Source of the DNA: Bacteroidia bacterium
GTDB taxonomy: Bacteria > Bacteroidota > Bacteroidia > AKYH767-A > OLB10
Length of the DNA stretch: 64,000 nucleotides
Direction: 5' to 3'
Assembly: GCA_016788065.1 (NCBI GenBank)
Contig: JAEUTI010000077.1
Span: 98,628 to 162,627 of the forward strand
A model generated the notes under the pieces. The model was not told the origin of the DNA, did not search any database, and was given only the letters and a program-made list of their open reading frames with translations. Position 1 is the first letter of the stretch; every line of letters starts with the position of its first letter. Positions 49,524-59,068 of this stretch are shown one piece after another. The position numbers were made by a program, and so were the translations under genes.

Positions 49524-50104
49524 GGTCGGGTTTCAGAAACATTTAACAGTTCGGCATCAATCACCAATGCTTCATAGTACTTTATTTTATCTCCATCACC
49601 GGTTAAACCATATGCAAGATGTGATGGCAGTATAAAAATTGCTTTATCTCCTTGTTTCATTAATTTCACTCCTTCCTGCAAACCGGAAGCAATTTCAGAT
49701 TTTCCTACCTGAAAGGTAATTGCTCCGGTAGAATCGGAACTATAAATCTGCTTACCATCAAGCAAAGAAACTTTATAATTCATCTTTACATAATAGTCGT
49801 TTTTAACAGCCATGGTACCGGTACCCTTCTGATAAATAAAATACCTCAGACCGGTTGCTGTAGTGGTAACCTGGTAATTCCGTCGGTTAACATAGCTGTC
49901 GATATCTGCCGACTCATCACGCATAATATTTTTGTGAGTTTCTATGAGATCTTCCTTTTGAGTTTCTACGAGGTCTCCATTCTGTGTTTTAGTTTCCTGA
50001 CGGGAAGATTTCTCACCGGATGATTTGCATGCAGGAATAAGCATCAGGCCGACATTACTCAGTATGGTTGCAAGGACTACAAAACGAAACAATTTTCCAC
50101 TCAT
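49520..50104 (-). CDS. FKBP-type peptidyl-prolyl isomerase lipoprotein (GldI-like in size and architecture)
   Basis: Lipobox IPAC and an FKBP domain (F.VGKSEIASGLQEG ... LPSHLAYG). Its ATG overlaps nothing upstream, and its stop overlaps the next FKBP start (ATGA). Confidence 0.7.
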   Translation of the reverse strand: MSGKLFRFVVLATILSNVGLMLIPACKSSGEKSSRQETKTQNGDLVETQKEDLIETHKNIMRDESADIDSYVNRRNYQVTTTATGLRYFIYQKGTGTMAVKNDYYVKMNYKVSLLDGKQIYSSDSTGAITFQVGKSEIASGLQEGVKLMKQGDKAIFILPSHLAYGLTGDGDKIKYYEALVIDAELLNVSETRP

Positions 50105-50131
50105 TTTTAGAATATTAATTGCTGTCTTTAC

Positions 50132-51175
50132 TTAGTTGTGGTTAGTTGGTTCAGGATTTAATTCCTGCTTCAGGCCTGGCAATAATGCCAGAAAACGTGT
50201 AATGGTTGCTTCCAGTGTTTCTGTAGAACGTCCTCCGGCAGCATTTCGGTGTCCACCACCCGAAAAATGTGCTGCAGCTAATTCTTTAACAGAGAAGTTA
50301 TCTTTAGAACGGAATGATATTTTAATCAGATGGTCGCGTTCACAAAAGAAAACCGCCATTCTGATACCTTTGATTCCTAGTGCATAATTAACGATGCCTT
50401 CGGTGTCACCGGACTGATGATTAAATGCCTTTAATTCTTCTTTGGTAACAGAAATGTAGGCAGTTTTATACTGTGGTAATACTACCAGTTTATCTTTGAT
50501 GCAATGGCCCAGAAAACGGGTCCGCTCCAATGAGAAATTGTCATAAATCTGTTCATGGATCATGTAGTTTTCAGCACCAGCCTGCATGAGTGCAGCAACT
50601 ACCATGTGGGTGTCGGCAGTCATGGACGCAAACCGGAATGAACCTGTGTCGGTCATAATGCCGGTATATAGACAAGTAGCTATGTCTTTCGTAATGGCTT
50701 CCTTCCCTCCCAATTCACTGATAAAATAATACATCAGCTCACAGGTAGCACAACTTTTAGGGAAAGAAAATTCGTATTCGCAGAAATGTTCGGGATCGAG
50801 ATGATGATCGAGTAAAACTTTGACTGCCTTAGATTGAATCACAGCATCCGCAAATTTTTCCATTCTGCCGGGTGCATTAAAATCGAGGCAAAAAATGATA
50901 TCAGCGGCTTCTGCAACCTGCTTTGCCTGACCACCGGCATGATCAAAATCGATCACTTTGGAATGTCCGGGTAACCAATAAAGGAAATCAGGGTAATCGC
51001 TGGGAGTTACTACCTGCACCTGATGATTACCGGCTATCAGATAATGATACAATGCAAGTGATGATCCCATCGCATCCCCATCCGGCTTATGATGGGTAGT
51101 GATTACAATTTTCCTGGGCTCAGACAACAAGTGTTTGAGCTGGTCAATGGAATCGCTGTTAAAAGATGGAATCAT
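50132..51175 (-). CDS. DHH-family phosphoesterase (NrnA-like oligoribonuclease/pAp phosphatase)
   Basis: HHKPDGDAMGS, DHH and GGGHRNAAGG motifs. Confidence 0.8.
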   Translation of the reverse strand: MIPSFNSDSIDQLKHLLSEPRKIVITTHHKPDGDAMGSSLALYHYLIAGNHQVQVVTPSDYPDFLYWLPGHSKVIDFDHAGGQAKQVAEAADIIFCLDFNAPGRMEKFADAVIQSKAVKVLLDHHLDPEHFCEYEFSFPKSCATCELMYYFISELGGKEAITKDIATCLYTGIMTDTGSFRFASMTADTHMVVAALMQAGAENYMIHEQIYDNFSLERTRFLGHCIKDKLVVLPQYKTAYISVTKEELKAFNHQSGDTEGIVNYALGIKGIRMAVFFCERDHLIKISFRSKDNFSVKELAAAHFSGGGHRNAAGGRSTETLEATITRFLALLPGLKQELNPEPTNHN

Positions 51176-51192
51176 TTTTTGTTGAAGAGGTG

Positions 51193-51200
51193 CAAAAGTA
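51193..51200 (-). promoter_or_regulatory. -7 box TACTTTTG upstream of the DHH-FKBP operon
   Basis: Matches TAnnTTTG on the minus strand. Confidence 0.4.
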
Positions 51201-51387
51201 ATAATTACATTGATATTTAATGGTTAAGGAAAATTTTTATTAACAAATTGAGCAGATTGCATCAGATTTTAATCAGGAAATTGCTCTCAACAGCATGATA
51301 ACTACCCTTTTAAAGGATGATTGTTTGCAGATCAGGGTAGCTGTAAAATGGTTTGACAAGAGTGTTGTGTTTTTTTTAAATTAATAC

Positions 51388-51395
51388 TACCTTTG
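51388..51395 (+). promoter_or_regulatory. -7 box TACCTTTG upstream of ndk
   Basis: Matches TAnnTTTG. Confidence 0.4.
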
Positions 51396-51429
51396 CACTC
51401 CGAAAATTAACTGTTTAAAACCTATACAA

Positions 51430-51849
51430 GTGATTACTAACAGAACCTTTACAATGATTAAGCCCGATGGTGTTCAGAACGGACATATGGGTGCAATACT
51501 CGACAAAATTATAAAAGCTGGTTTCAAAATCGTTGCAATGAAATATACGCAGCTGACACCTGAGACCGCTGGTCAGTTTTATGCCATTCACAAAGAGCGT
51601 CCATTCTACAAAGATCTGGTTTCTTACATGTCATCAGGACCTATTGTAGCTGCTATTCTTGAAAAAGATAATGCGGTGGAAGATTTCAGAACCTTAATTG
51701 GTGCTACTGATCCTACCAAAGCTGCTCCCGGTACCATCCGTCAACTATTTGCCAAATCAATTGAAGCAAATGCAGTACATGGTTCTGACAGCAATGAAAA
51801 TGCTGCTATTGAAGGAGATTTTTACTTCTCTAAACTAGAGCGTTTCTAA
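51430..51849 (+). CDS. ndk: Nucleoside diphosphate kinase
   Basis: [12 protein letters not shown], the YMSSGP region and the active-site region [11 protein letters not shown] start. Confidence 0.9.
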   Translation: MITNRTFTMIKPDGVQNGHMGAILDKIIKAGFKIVAMKYTQLTPETAGQFYAIHKERPFYKDLVSYMSSGPIVAAILEKDNAVEDFRTLIGATDPTKAAPGTIRQLFAKSIEANAVHGSDSNENAAIEGDFYFSKLERF

Positions 51850-51876
51850 AAGAAATTGTTTTGCATATATAATTTC

Positions 51877-51905
51877 AAAGCCATCCTTCGGGATGGCTTT
51901 TTTTT
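51877..51905 (+). terminator. Rho-independent terminator after ndk (weakly bidirectional toward the DUF721 gene)
   Basis: AAAGCCATCC ttcg GGATGGCTTT, followed by a T-run. Confidence 0.85.
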
Positions 51906-51918
51906 GGAATGCAGTCAG

Positions 51919-52209
51919 CTAGCTGATAACTACCTTGGTCAGAAACGGACCTCCCAGTTCTTTGTTCATCAGCTCACAAATCTGATCCTTACGAAAGGTA
52001 AGCTCCTCCCTGAGAGCTGCGGAGGAAACTTTGATTACCAGCGTTCCATTATTCACGGATAAATGATCGGTTCTGTTGGAAATGGCATTTCCCATCACAT
52101 CTTCCCAGGTGCGGCGAATTTTGACTTCGTTCAGTCGATCCCGCAACCTGTAAGTGTCAATTAGTTGTTCAATGACCTCTTTGAGGCTGTTCTCATTACT
52201 TTTTCTCAT
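51919..52209 (-). CDS. DUF721-family protein (small gene usually found next to recF)
   Basis: 96 aa. Its start overlaps the recF stop (ATGA), which is the usual recF-DUF721 pairing. Confidence 0.65.
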   Translation of the reverse strand: MRKSNENSLKEVIEQLIDTYRLRDRLNEVKIRRTWEDVMGNAISNRTDHLSVNNGTLVIKVSSAALREELTFRKDQICELMNKELGGPFLTKVVIS

Positions 52210-53330
52210 TGAACGGATTGGTTTTCTGAAAGTGTGATTACCCCATTTTCCACATCAAACAACTTACATGGAATATGCATGGATTCAAAAATTGCTGCTA
52301 CCCTTTCTTTGTGGGTGTCAGTGATGAAAATTTGTCCTGATTCCCCTTTGGTGATCAATTCCATCAGGCGGCTCACTCTGCCCTGATCCAGTTTATCGAA
52401 AATATCATCCAGCAAAATTATTGGTCGCTGAAAGCCTAAATCACACAAGTAGTTAAAATGGGCCAGCTTAAGAGCAATGACAAGCGATTTTTGTTGGCCC
52501 TGTGATGCGAATTTTCGTGCCGGAAACCCGTTTAAGGTGACTGTAAGGTCATCTTTATGTGTTCCTGATGATGTGTATTGAAGATCCAGATCACGACTTC
52601 TGTTTTGCAATAGAATATCAGATAATGTTTTTTCGTGTAAGGGTGATTCATAAGTAACCCCGGCAGACTGACTGTTGCCTGAAATGGCATCGAATAAGGT
52701 ATTGAAAAGTGGTTCAAAACCCTGAATGAATTCCTTGCGTTTTTCAAATATTTTCTGACCATAATGTGCAAGCTGATCATCCCACACGGAAATGGCACTC
52801 CAGTCGGCAAAACCACGGGAATTGGCCTGTTTAAGCAGCGAATTTCGCTGGCTGATAACCTGATTGTATCTGATCAGATTATCGAGGTAAATATGGTCTG
52901 ATTGAGAAATAATTCCATCTATAAAACGACGCCTGATCTCGCTTCCTTCCGTAATAAGTTCCTGATCTGTCGGAGCAATCATCACAACCGGAAATGTTCC
53001 TATATGATTGCTGAGTTTTTCGTATTCTTTCTGATTACGCTTGAAGACTTTCTTCTGGCCTTGTCTGATGGCACACAAAACCGACTCCTGTTCACCATTC
53101 AAATCAAATTCACCCTGAATCATCAGCATAGCTTCATGGTGCCGGATGTTTTGATTGTCAGTAGCACTGAAATAGCTCTTGGTCATCGACAAATAGTGAA
53201 TAGCATCCAGCAAATTGGTCTTGCCGGAGCCGTTAGTGCCTGTAAAACAGTTAACTGCAGGACTGAACGATAATGATGCTTCCGCATAATTTCTGAAATT
53301 TATAAGCTGCAGTTTTTTCAGGAATAACAT
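52206..53330 (-). CDS. recF: DNA replication/repair protein RecF
   Basis: L.L.NFRNY, Walker A GTNGSGKTNLLDAI, signature-like SQGQQKS and Walker B ILLDDI. Confidence 0.9.
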   Translation of the reverse strand: MLFLKKLQLINFRNYAEASLSFSPAVNCFTGTNGSGKTNLLDAIHYLSMTKSYFSATDNQNIRHHEAMLMIQGEFDLNGEQESVLCAIRQGQKKVFKRNQKEYEKLSNHIGTFPVVMIAPTDQELITEGSEIRRRFIDGIISQSDHIYLDNLIRYNQVISQRNSLLKQANSRGFADWSAISVWDDQLAHYGQKIFEKRKEFIQGFEPLFNTLFDAISGNSQSAGVTYESPLHEKTLSDILLQNRSRDLDLQYTSSGTHKDDLTVTLNGFPARKFASQGQQKSLVIALKLAHFNYLCDLGFQRPIILLDDIFDKLDQGRVSRLMELITKGESGQIFITDTHKERVAAIFESMHIPCKLFDVENGVITLSENQSVQ

Positions 53331-53334
53331 GTTG

Positions 53335-53342
53335 CAAAGTTA
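53335..53342 (-). promoter_or_regulatory. -7 box TAACTTTG, only 4 nt upstream of the recF ATG
   Basis: The minus strand reads TAACTTTG-CAAC-ATG. Confidence 0.45.
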
Positions 53343-53507
53343 ACGGAATTAGGCCCTCTTCAGGGGAGTTTTTTCAGGTCCGTATTGATGCGATTTGGCA
53401 CTTGTAATAATAATCTTATGCACTTGAATATCAATATATTAATGAATCAGTAACAGAAATGTGTGGATAACTTTTAACCTAAATGGGGTGCACCTCTGCT
53501 TTTTTCT

Positions 53508-53515
53508 TAATTTTG
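53508..53515 (+). promoter_or_regulatory. -7 box TAATTTTG upstream of the TPR-ComA block
   Basis: Matches TAnnTTTG. Confidence 0.4.
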
Positions 53516-53549
53516 TGACAATTGGAGGGCTAAAAATCCACCACTGCCT

Positions 53550-54974
53550 ATGGAAGAAGATGATGATGATTTGGATAATCAGGATGAACTTAATGAGAAG
53601 ATTGAGCTCTCTGTAAGCAGGTTCGAAGAGATGATCCGGAAACAGGATCGTTATTTTTTTGATGTTGATGCTCTTATCCGCATAATAGATTTTTACATTG
53701 ACAAAGGGGAATACCAGAAAGCGCTGGAAGTGGCAAAGTATGCCTTTTCACTGCACCCTAATTCTGTGAATTTCCTGATGAAGCAAGCACATTTGTTTGC
53801 TATTACAGGTCAGGATCAGCGTGCACTGGAAACACTCGACAGAGTTGAACGCATAAGTCCCTATGATCTTGATTTGCATCTGATTCGGGGCAATATTTAC
53901 AATACCATCGGGCAGTATTCATCAGCCCTGGAATGTTTTAAAAAAGCTTTACCACTTGTTGATATGAAGGATGAGATTTATTTCAGTATGGCTATTACAT
54001 ACCAGAATATGCTGAACTATCCCAAAGCAATTGAGTATTTTAAAATGGCTGTTCAACAGAATCCTACCTATGAACTGGCTATGGAAGAGTTAGCAGCCTG
54101 TTTGGGAATAACCGGTAAACTTCAGGAAGGTATTGCTTATTTCAAGCAATTAATTGATAAAGATCCTTACTCTTATGCCGCCTGGTATAACCTGGGTGAC
54201 ATTAATTGTCGTTTGGGAAATTATGAAGAAGCATTGCATGCATTCGATTATTGCATTCTGATAAAAGAAGACTATGCCCCTGCCTATCTGGATCAGGCTC
54301 AGGTACTGGCAATGTTAGGCCACTATGAAGATGCGATTCAGAAATACAAACAGACTTTCGAATATTATAAACCGGATGCCATTACCTATTTTAACATTGC
54401 CGAATGTTATGAGAAGTTAGGGCAAATGGATGAAGCCCGTACGTACTACAAGAAGGCTGTAAAAATCCTTCCTGACATGGCTCAGGCCTGGTTTGGCATT
54501 GCTATTACGCTTGAGTCAGAAGAACGTTGGTATGAGGCGATTCACTATGTGAGAAAGGCTATTGAGAAAGACGAACACAATGGTGAATACTGGCTTTTAC
54601 TGGGCGATTGCGAATTCAATCTGAATAATATCACCGAAGCCGGTGAATGTTATATCAAAGTGGTAGAAGATGATCCGGGATTGATTGATGGATGGCTTTC
54701 TTTTGCACACTTTCTTACCGAAACAGGCAAGCAGGATGAAGCGGTAGAAATCACTGAAAAAGGTCTTACCTACCATCCTGAATGTGCTGAATTGTATTAT
54801 CGCCAGACAGCTAATTTATATAGTGCCGGTGCCCTTCAGGAAGCCTATGAAATGCTTGAAGTTGCCCTGTTAAAAGATATCGATTCCAGTCAGGTTCTCT
54901 TTGAAATGCTTCCTGCACTTCAAAATGATCAGGTCCTGCTGAAAATCATTGCGAATAAAAGAAAAAATCTATGA
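53550..54974 (+). CDS. Tetratricopeptide-repeat protein with an acidic N-terminus
   Basis: About 10 TPR-like 34-aa units (the W/Y..LG..Y...G.Y..A...Y..A pattern). Its stop overlaps the ComA-like start (ATGA). Confidence 0.8.
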   Translation: MEEDDDDLDNQDELNEKIELSVSRFEEMIRKQDRYFFDVDALIRIIDFYIDKGEYQKALEVAKYAFSLHPNSVNFLMKQAHLFAITGQDQRALETLDRVERISPYDLDLHLIRGNIYNTIGQYSSALECFKKALPLVDMKDEIYFSMAITYQNMLNYPKAIEYFKMAVQQNPTYELAMEELAACLGITGKLQEGIAYFKQLIDKDPYSYAAWYNLGDINCRLGNYEEALHAFDYCILIKEDYAPAYLDQAQVLAMLGHYEDAIQKYKQTFEYYKPDAITYFNIAECYEKLGQMDEARTYYKKAVKILPDMAQAWFGIAITLESEERWYEAIHYVRKAIEKDEHNGEYWLLLGDCEFNLNNITEAGECYIKVVEDDPGLIDGWLSFAHFLTETGKQDEAVEITEKGLTYHPECAELYYRQTANLYSAGALQEAYEMLEVALLKDIDSSQVLFEMLPALQNDQVLLKIIANKRKNL

Positions 54975-55750
54975 ATTTTCCGTTGAGTTATTTGCCTGAA
55001 AGAAGTGCTAAACCACGTCAGTCAGGAGTTACTATGGTTATGGATAAAGGGTTAAGCCTGAGGGAAACTGAAGACTTTATCGATGGTAATGGAGCATATG
55101 CTGATATTGTAAAACTCGGCTTTGGGAGCGCTCTAATTACACCCAGACTGAAAGAAAAAATTGAACTTTATAAAAGTGCCGGAATTCCGGTATACTTTGG
55201 AGGCACTCTGCTGGAAGCCTTTATCGTAAGGAATGAAGTTGATAATTACCTGAAGTTGATCGACAAATATAAAATTGAACATGCTGAAATTTCAGATGGC
55301 TCCATTGTTCTCGATCACAATAAAAAGTGCGATTTAATCAGACAGCTTTCAAAACATGTGACGGTTATTTCAGAAGTTGGAAGTAAAGAAGAAGGTATTA
55401 TAATTCACCCTGCCCGATGGATTGAAATGATGAATAAAGAAATTGAGGCAGGTGTGTGGAAAGTTATTGCTGAAGCCCGTGAAAGCGGTACAGTTGGTAT
55501 TTACCGTCCCAATGGTAAAGCACACGTGATGCTTATCAACAAAATTGTAAGCAAGGTACCTGTCGATAAAATCATATGGGAAACTCCTATAAAATCGCAG
55601 CAGGTTTATTTTATCAAACTGTTTGGTGCCAATGTAAATCTCGGAAATATTGCACCTACCGAAGTTATTGCTTTGGAATCGTTGCGTCTCGGACTCCGAA
55701 GTGATACTTTTTTTCAGTTTTTACCAAAGGAATTAATCCCCGTTTTGTGA
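54971..55750 (+). CDS. (2R)-phospho-3-sulfolactate synthase (ComA) family protein
   Basis: PERSAKPRQSGVTMVMDKG ... YADIVKLGFGS ... GGTLLE ... ISDGS pattern of the ComA TIM-barrel family. Confidence 0.75.
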   Translation: MNFPLSYLPERSAKPRQSGVTMVMDKGLSLRETEDFIDGNGAYADIVKLGFGSALITPRLKEKIELYKSAGIPVYFGGTLLEAFIVRNEVDNYLKLIDKYKIEHAEISDGSIVLDHNKKCDLIRQLSKHVTVISEVGSKEEGIIIHPARWIEMMNKEIEAGVWKVIAEARESGTVGIYRPNGKAHVMLINKIVSKVPVDKIIWETPIKSQQVYFIKLFGANVNLGNIAPTEVIALESLRLGLRSDTFFQFLPKELIPVL

Positions 55751-55767
55751 CCTTAAATTAAGATGCT

Positions 55768-56085
55768 ATGAAAGAAGTTACTGTACAGGAGTTACGTGAT
55801 ATGATTCAAAATAAGGTCGATTTTCAACTGATTGACGTTAGAGAAGAGTATGAATTTGATGCCGCTAACCTGGGGGGTGAACTTATTCCTCTGGCAACAG
55901 TTATCGATCAGGCTGACCGCATTTCAAAAACGAAACCTGTTATTATTCATTGCCGAAGCGGAGCAAGAAGTGCAGCAGCAGTAAGAGAACTCGAATCTCG
56001 TTTCGGATTCGAAAATCTCGCAAATCTCAAAGGTGGCATTTTGGCATGGGCAAAAGATATTGATCCGTCTCTTCAGGTTTCCTGA
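55768..56085 (+). CDS. Single-domain rhodanese sulfurtransferase
   Basis: 105 aa with LIDVRE and the active-site loop HCRSGARS. Confidence 0.8.
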   Translation: MKEVTVQELRDMIQNKVDFQLIDVREEYEFDAANLGGELIPLATVIDQADRISKTKPVIIHCRSGARSAAAVRELESRFGFENLANLKGGILAWAKDIDPSLQVS

Positions 56086-56139
56086 TTTTCTTTTTCCCGG
56101 TTTCTTGCTAACTTTATAAAGTAATTCAAAACTGCTCAA

Positions 56140-56889
56140 ATGAAGTTATACGGACTTTTAGGGAACAAACTAGCCCACTCCTTCTCTGTTAAATACTTCT
56201 TTGAAAAATTTCAGAGTGACGGAATATCTGATAAGTTTGGCTACAGGAATTTTGAAATTCCTGATTTAAATGAGTTTATCAAATTGGTGGATTCTGAAAC
56301 GCAATTGTTCGGATTAAATGTTACCATTCCGTACAAAGAAAAAATAATCCCCTACCTCAATAATGTTGACGAGGTTGCCGCTGATACCGGAGCCGTCAAT
56401 ACCATTAAAATTCAACGTGGCAGTACCGGCAATCTCCTGTTTATGGAAGGCTATAATACCGATGCTGTAGGATTTCAGAGTGCCATCAGTCCGCTTTTGC
56501 TGCCTCATCATAAGGGAGCCCTGATTCTTGGAAATGGCGGTGCAGCTAAAGCAGTTCAGTTCACGTTAAAAAAAATGGCTATACCCTTTATTTCGGTTAC
56601 GCGACAGCATGACAGTAATCTCATGTTTGATGAATTGAAGAAAGATCATTTTTCCCAATACCCCGTAATAATCAATACAACACCGCTGGGAACTTTTCCC
56701 GAAATTGATGATTCACCTCCCATTCCCTATCATCTTTTATCCCCGGAAAATTTGTTATTTGACCTGGTTTATAATCCCGAAATGACTACATTTATGAAGC
56801 AGGGAATCGCCCATGGAGCTAAAGTCGAAAACGGATTAAAAATGCTCCAGGCGCAAGCAGAAGCTTCCTGGGAAATCTGGAATTCCTGA
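56140..56889 (+). CDS. aroE: Shikimate dehydrogenase (short Bacteroidota type)
   Basis: LLGNKLAHSFS, NVTIPYK, GAVNT, GYNTD and GNGGAAKA motifs. Confidence 0.8.
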   Translation: MKLYGLLGNKLAHSFSVKYFFEKFQSDGISDKFGYRNFEIPDLNEFIKLVDSETQLFGLNVTIPYKEKIIPYLNNVDEVAADTGAVNTIKIQRGSTGNLLFMEGYNTDAVGFQSAISPLLLPHHKGALILGNGGAAKAVQFTLKKMAIPFISVTRQHDSNLMFDELKKDHFSQYPVIINTTPLGTFPEIDDSPPIPYHLLSPENLLFDLVYNPEMTTFMKQGIAHGAKVENGLKMLQAQAEASWEIWNS

Positions 56890-56900
56890 CCACAACTGAT

Positions 56901-58331
56901 ATGAAGTCATCAAACCCCAATACAGTGATTTTTCGATATAAATGGGATGCGTTGATATTGATTTTTTTGATGCCTCTTTTAGCTATCAACCTGAACGGAT
57001 ATCATGATGTAGGCGACGATTTTGCTCAATATTTATTGCAGGCAAGGTGGCTGACCGGCGATCAACTTGCATGGTTCCCTTCTCATGCAGGAAGCTACAG
57101 TCCGGGTATCAAAGGTTGGCTGTTTTCTGTAATGCTGATTCCCGCCACATTTGGCACTTTTCCTGCCGATATAATAATGTCGAAATTAATAGTATCTGCA
57201 TTTCTTATTCTTGCCGGATGGGTATTCTTTAGAATATTGCATAGTTTTTTCCCGGCATTGACTGCATTCGGTTGCACCTTGTTTTTAGTTTACAACCCAA
57301 TGATGCTCGATCTCAAAAATCAAATCCTTCCTGATATTCCGATGATGGCAACTTTTCTTTTGACTTTTTACCTGTTGTTTTTTCAAAAATCCACTACTAT
57401 TTCAATCGTAATATCTGCACTTTTAATCTGGCTGTCTGCTGGACTTAAAACACCGGCTTTGCTTCTGATCATACCGGTTGTTGGCTGGTTTGTTACCACT
57501 ACATTCGCGGGCAGGTATAAGTTCTTAATTGTTTCCCTTACGGGGATGTTGGTAGTTCCCGCATTTGAATTTGTACTTGCAAGTGCCAATAACGGTCTGG
57601 TCTGGTATTGGCAGCAAACAATCGCATTGATTAGTCCTTCTTCGATGCAATTGAATGCAACCACTTATTTTCAAAGCCTGCAATTGATACCGCAACTTGA
57701 GCTTCCGATGTGGATAAATAACGTGATTTTAGCAATGCTAAGTTTTGGATGGTTACTGGGCGTTGTATTTTCCTTTTTCCCTGAAACTGGTTCACGGCAT
57801 CACCTAAAAAGTAAATATTTTGAACGTTCAATACTATTATTTCAATTAGGCTATGTATTCCTGTTGCTGTTTTATCCTTATCAGGGCGACCCGGTTAGAA
57901 TGTTGTTGCCGATATTTCCATTTCTACTGATAACAACATTTAAAGGATTTAGCTCGTTTTTGGAAAGAGTCAATTTCTCCTGGTATAAAACAGTGGCTGT
58001 TTTAGCAGGATTGTTGTTGCCCGTATTGATGATTCCTTCCTTGTTAAAACTACCATCCAAAATTCAGGATGCTCGCAAAGAATACAAAGCAAATTTGAAT
58101 TTGGCACAGTTCCTGAAATCGGCTACAGAACCCTCGGAAGTTTTGAAAAGTAATAAGCCCTGGGCAATTCAGTATTATGCAGATCGGATAACTTTACCTG
58201 AATCAGACTTGCATCAGGTCAAACGAATCGTATTGTCAGCTGCTGTTCAAAATCCCGACTCTATGACCCACTCCAACCATAAAATTATCTACCAAAATGA
58301 TTTTTGGTTGGTTTATGAAGTAGAACCATAA
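56901..58331 (+). CDS. Polytopic membrane protein, GT-C/ArnT-like (glycosyltransferase family 39-like) architecture
   Basis: About 11 TM segments and an early DDFAQY acidic loop, as in GT-C enzymes. The functional call is weak. Confidence 0.55.
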   Translation: MKSSNPNTVIFRYKWDALILIFLMPLLAINLNGYHDVGDDFAQYLLQARWLTGDQLAWFPSHAGSYSPGIKGWLFSVMLIPATFGTFPADIIMSKLIVSAFLILAGWVFFRILHSFFPALTAFGCTLFLVYNPMMLDLKNQILPDIPMMATFLLTFYLLFFQKSTTISIVISALLIWLSAGLKTPALLLIIPVVGWFVTTTFAGRYKFLIVSLTGMLVVPAFEFVLASANNGLVWYWQQTIALISPSSMQLNATTYFQSLQLIPQLELPMWINNVILAMLSFGWLLGVVFSFFPETGSRHHLKSKYFERSILLFQLGYVFLLLFYPYQGDPVRMLLPIFPFLLITTFKGFSSFLERVNFSWYKTVAVLAGLLLPVLMIPSLLKLPSKIQDARKEYKANLNLAQFLKSATEPSEVLKSNKPWAIQYYADRITLPESDLHQVKRIVLSAAVQNPDSMTHSNHKIIYQNDFWLVYEVEP

Positions 58332-58477
58332 CCCTGAGTGAAACAAAATTATACTTCCGTTTGTTGTTAGAGAAAACTTCGCCAATTGTCATAAGTATAT
58401 GAATATCAGTATACTGAATTGTTCAAAAGGCTATAAATAAATCAGTTGCCAGCTTCGTTCACTTGAATAAAATTAAC

Positions 58478-58485
58478 TATTTTTG
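58478..58485 (+). promoter_or_regulatory. -7 box TATTTTTG upstream of the DUF6580-like gene
   Basis: Matches TAnnTTTG. Confidence 0.4.
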
Positions 58486-58510
58486 TTCCTTCGAAAAATA
58501 AGATTCACCT

Positions 58511-59053
58511 ATGAATATCACTCTGACTCCGAAATTAAAGTTTATCCTTGCCCTGATTGGACTTGCAGCATTGAGCCGGTTATTACCTCATGAGATGAAT
58601 TTTACACCAATCGGTGCTATTGCTCTTTTTGCAGGAACTTATATCAGCGACCGTAAACAGGCTTTCTTATTGCCATTACTGACTCTATTAATTTCCGACA
58701 TATTATTGCAAGTAGTGAATGGTTCCGGATTTTACCGGGATATGATTTTTGTCTACGGAAGTTTTGCTTTGGTAACCGGACTTGGTTTTATGCTTCGTGG
58801 TCGTGAGCAACGTCAAACCATCATGGTTGCGTCGTTGGTTTCATCCATTTTGTTTTTCCTGATCACCAATTTTGGAACCTGGTTGATGTATGATATGTAC
58901 CCTAAATCTCCAGCAGGTTTGCTCAGCTGTTATGTTGCAGGAATTCCTTTCTTTAAAGGAACTATCATGGGTGACCTGTTTTACAATCTTGCATTATTCG
59001 GAACATTTGCGCTGGCTAAATGGAGATTTCCTGTTTTAGCTGCTGCAAAATAA
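58511..59053 (+). CDS. DUF6580-like putative transport membrane protein
   Basis: LSRLLPHEMNFTPIGAIALFAG ... ITNFGTWL ... GLLSCYVAGIPFF..T..GDLFY pattern, recalled from that family. Confidence 0.55.
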   Translation: MNITLTPKLKFILALIGLAALSRLLPHEMNFTPIGAIALFAGTYISDRKQAFLLPLLTLLISDILLQVVNGSGFYRDMIFVYGSFALVTGLGFMLRGREQRQTIMVASLVSSILFFLITNFGTWLMYDMYPKSPAGLLSCYVAGIPFFKGTIMGDLFYNLALFGTFALAKWRFPVLAAAK

Positions 59054-59068
59054 CCTGATGCTTTCTTG

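Noticed and set aside
53462-53470. A perfect DnaA box (TGTGGATAA) in the recF / TPR intergenic region, considered as an oriC marker.
   Set aside because: A given 9-mer in either orientation is expected about 0.5 times by chance in 64 kb (128000/262144). It is a single box, and I saw no cluster or adjacent AT-rich unwinding element. It may still be a DnaA-regulated promoter, but the evidence is insufficient.
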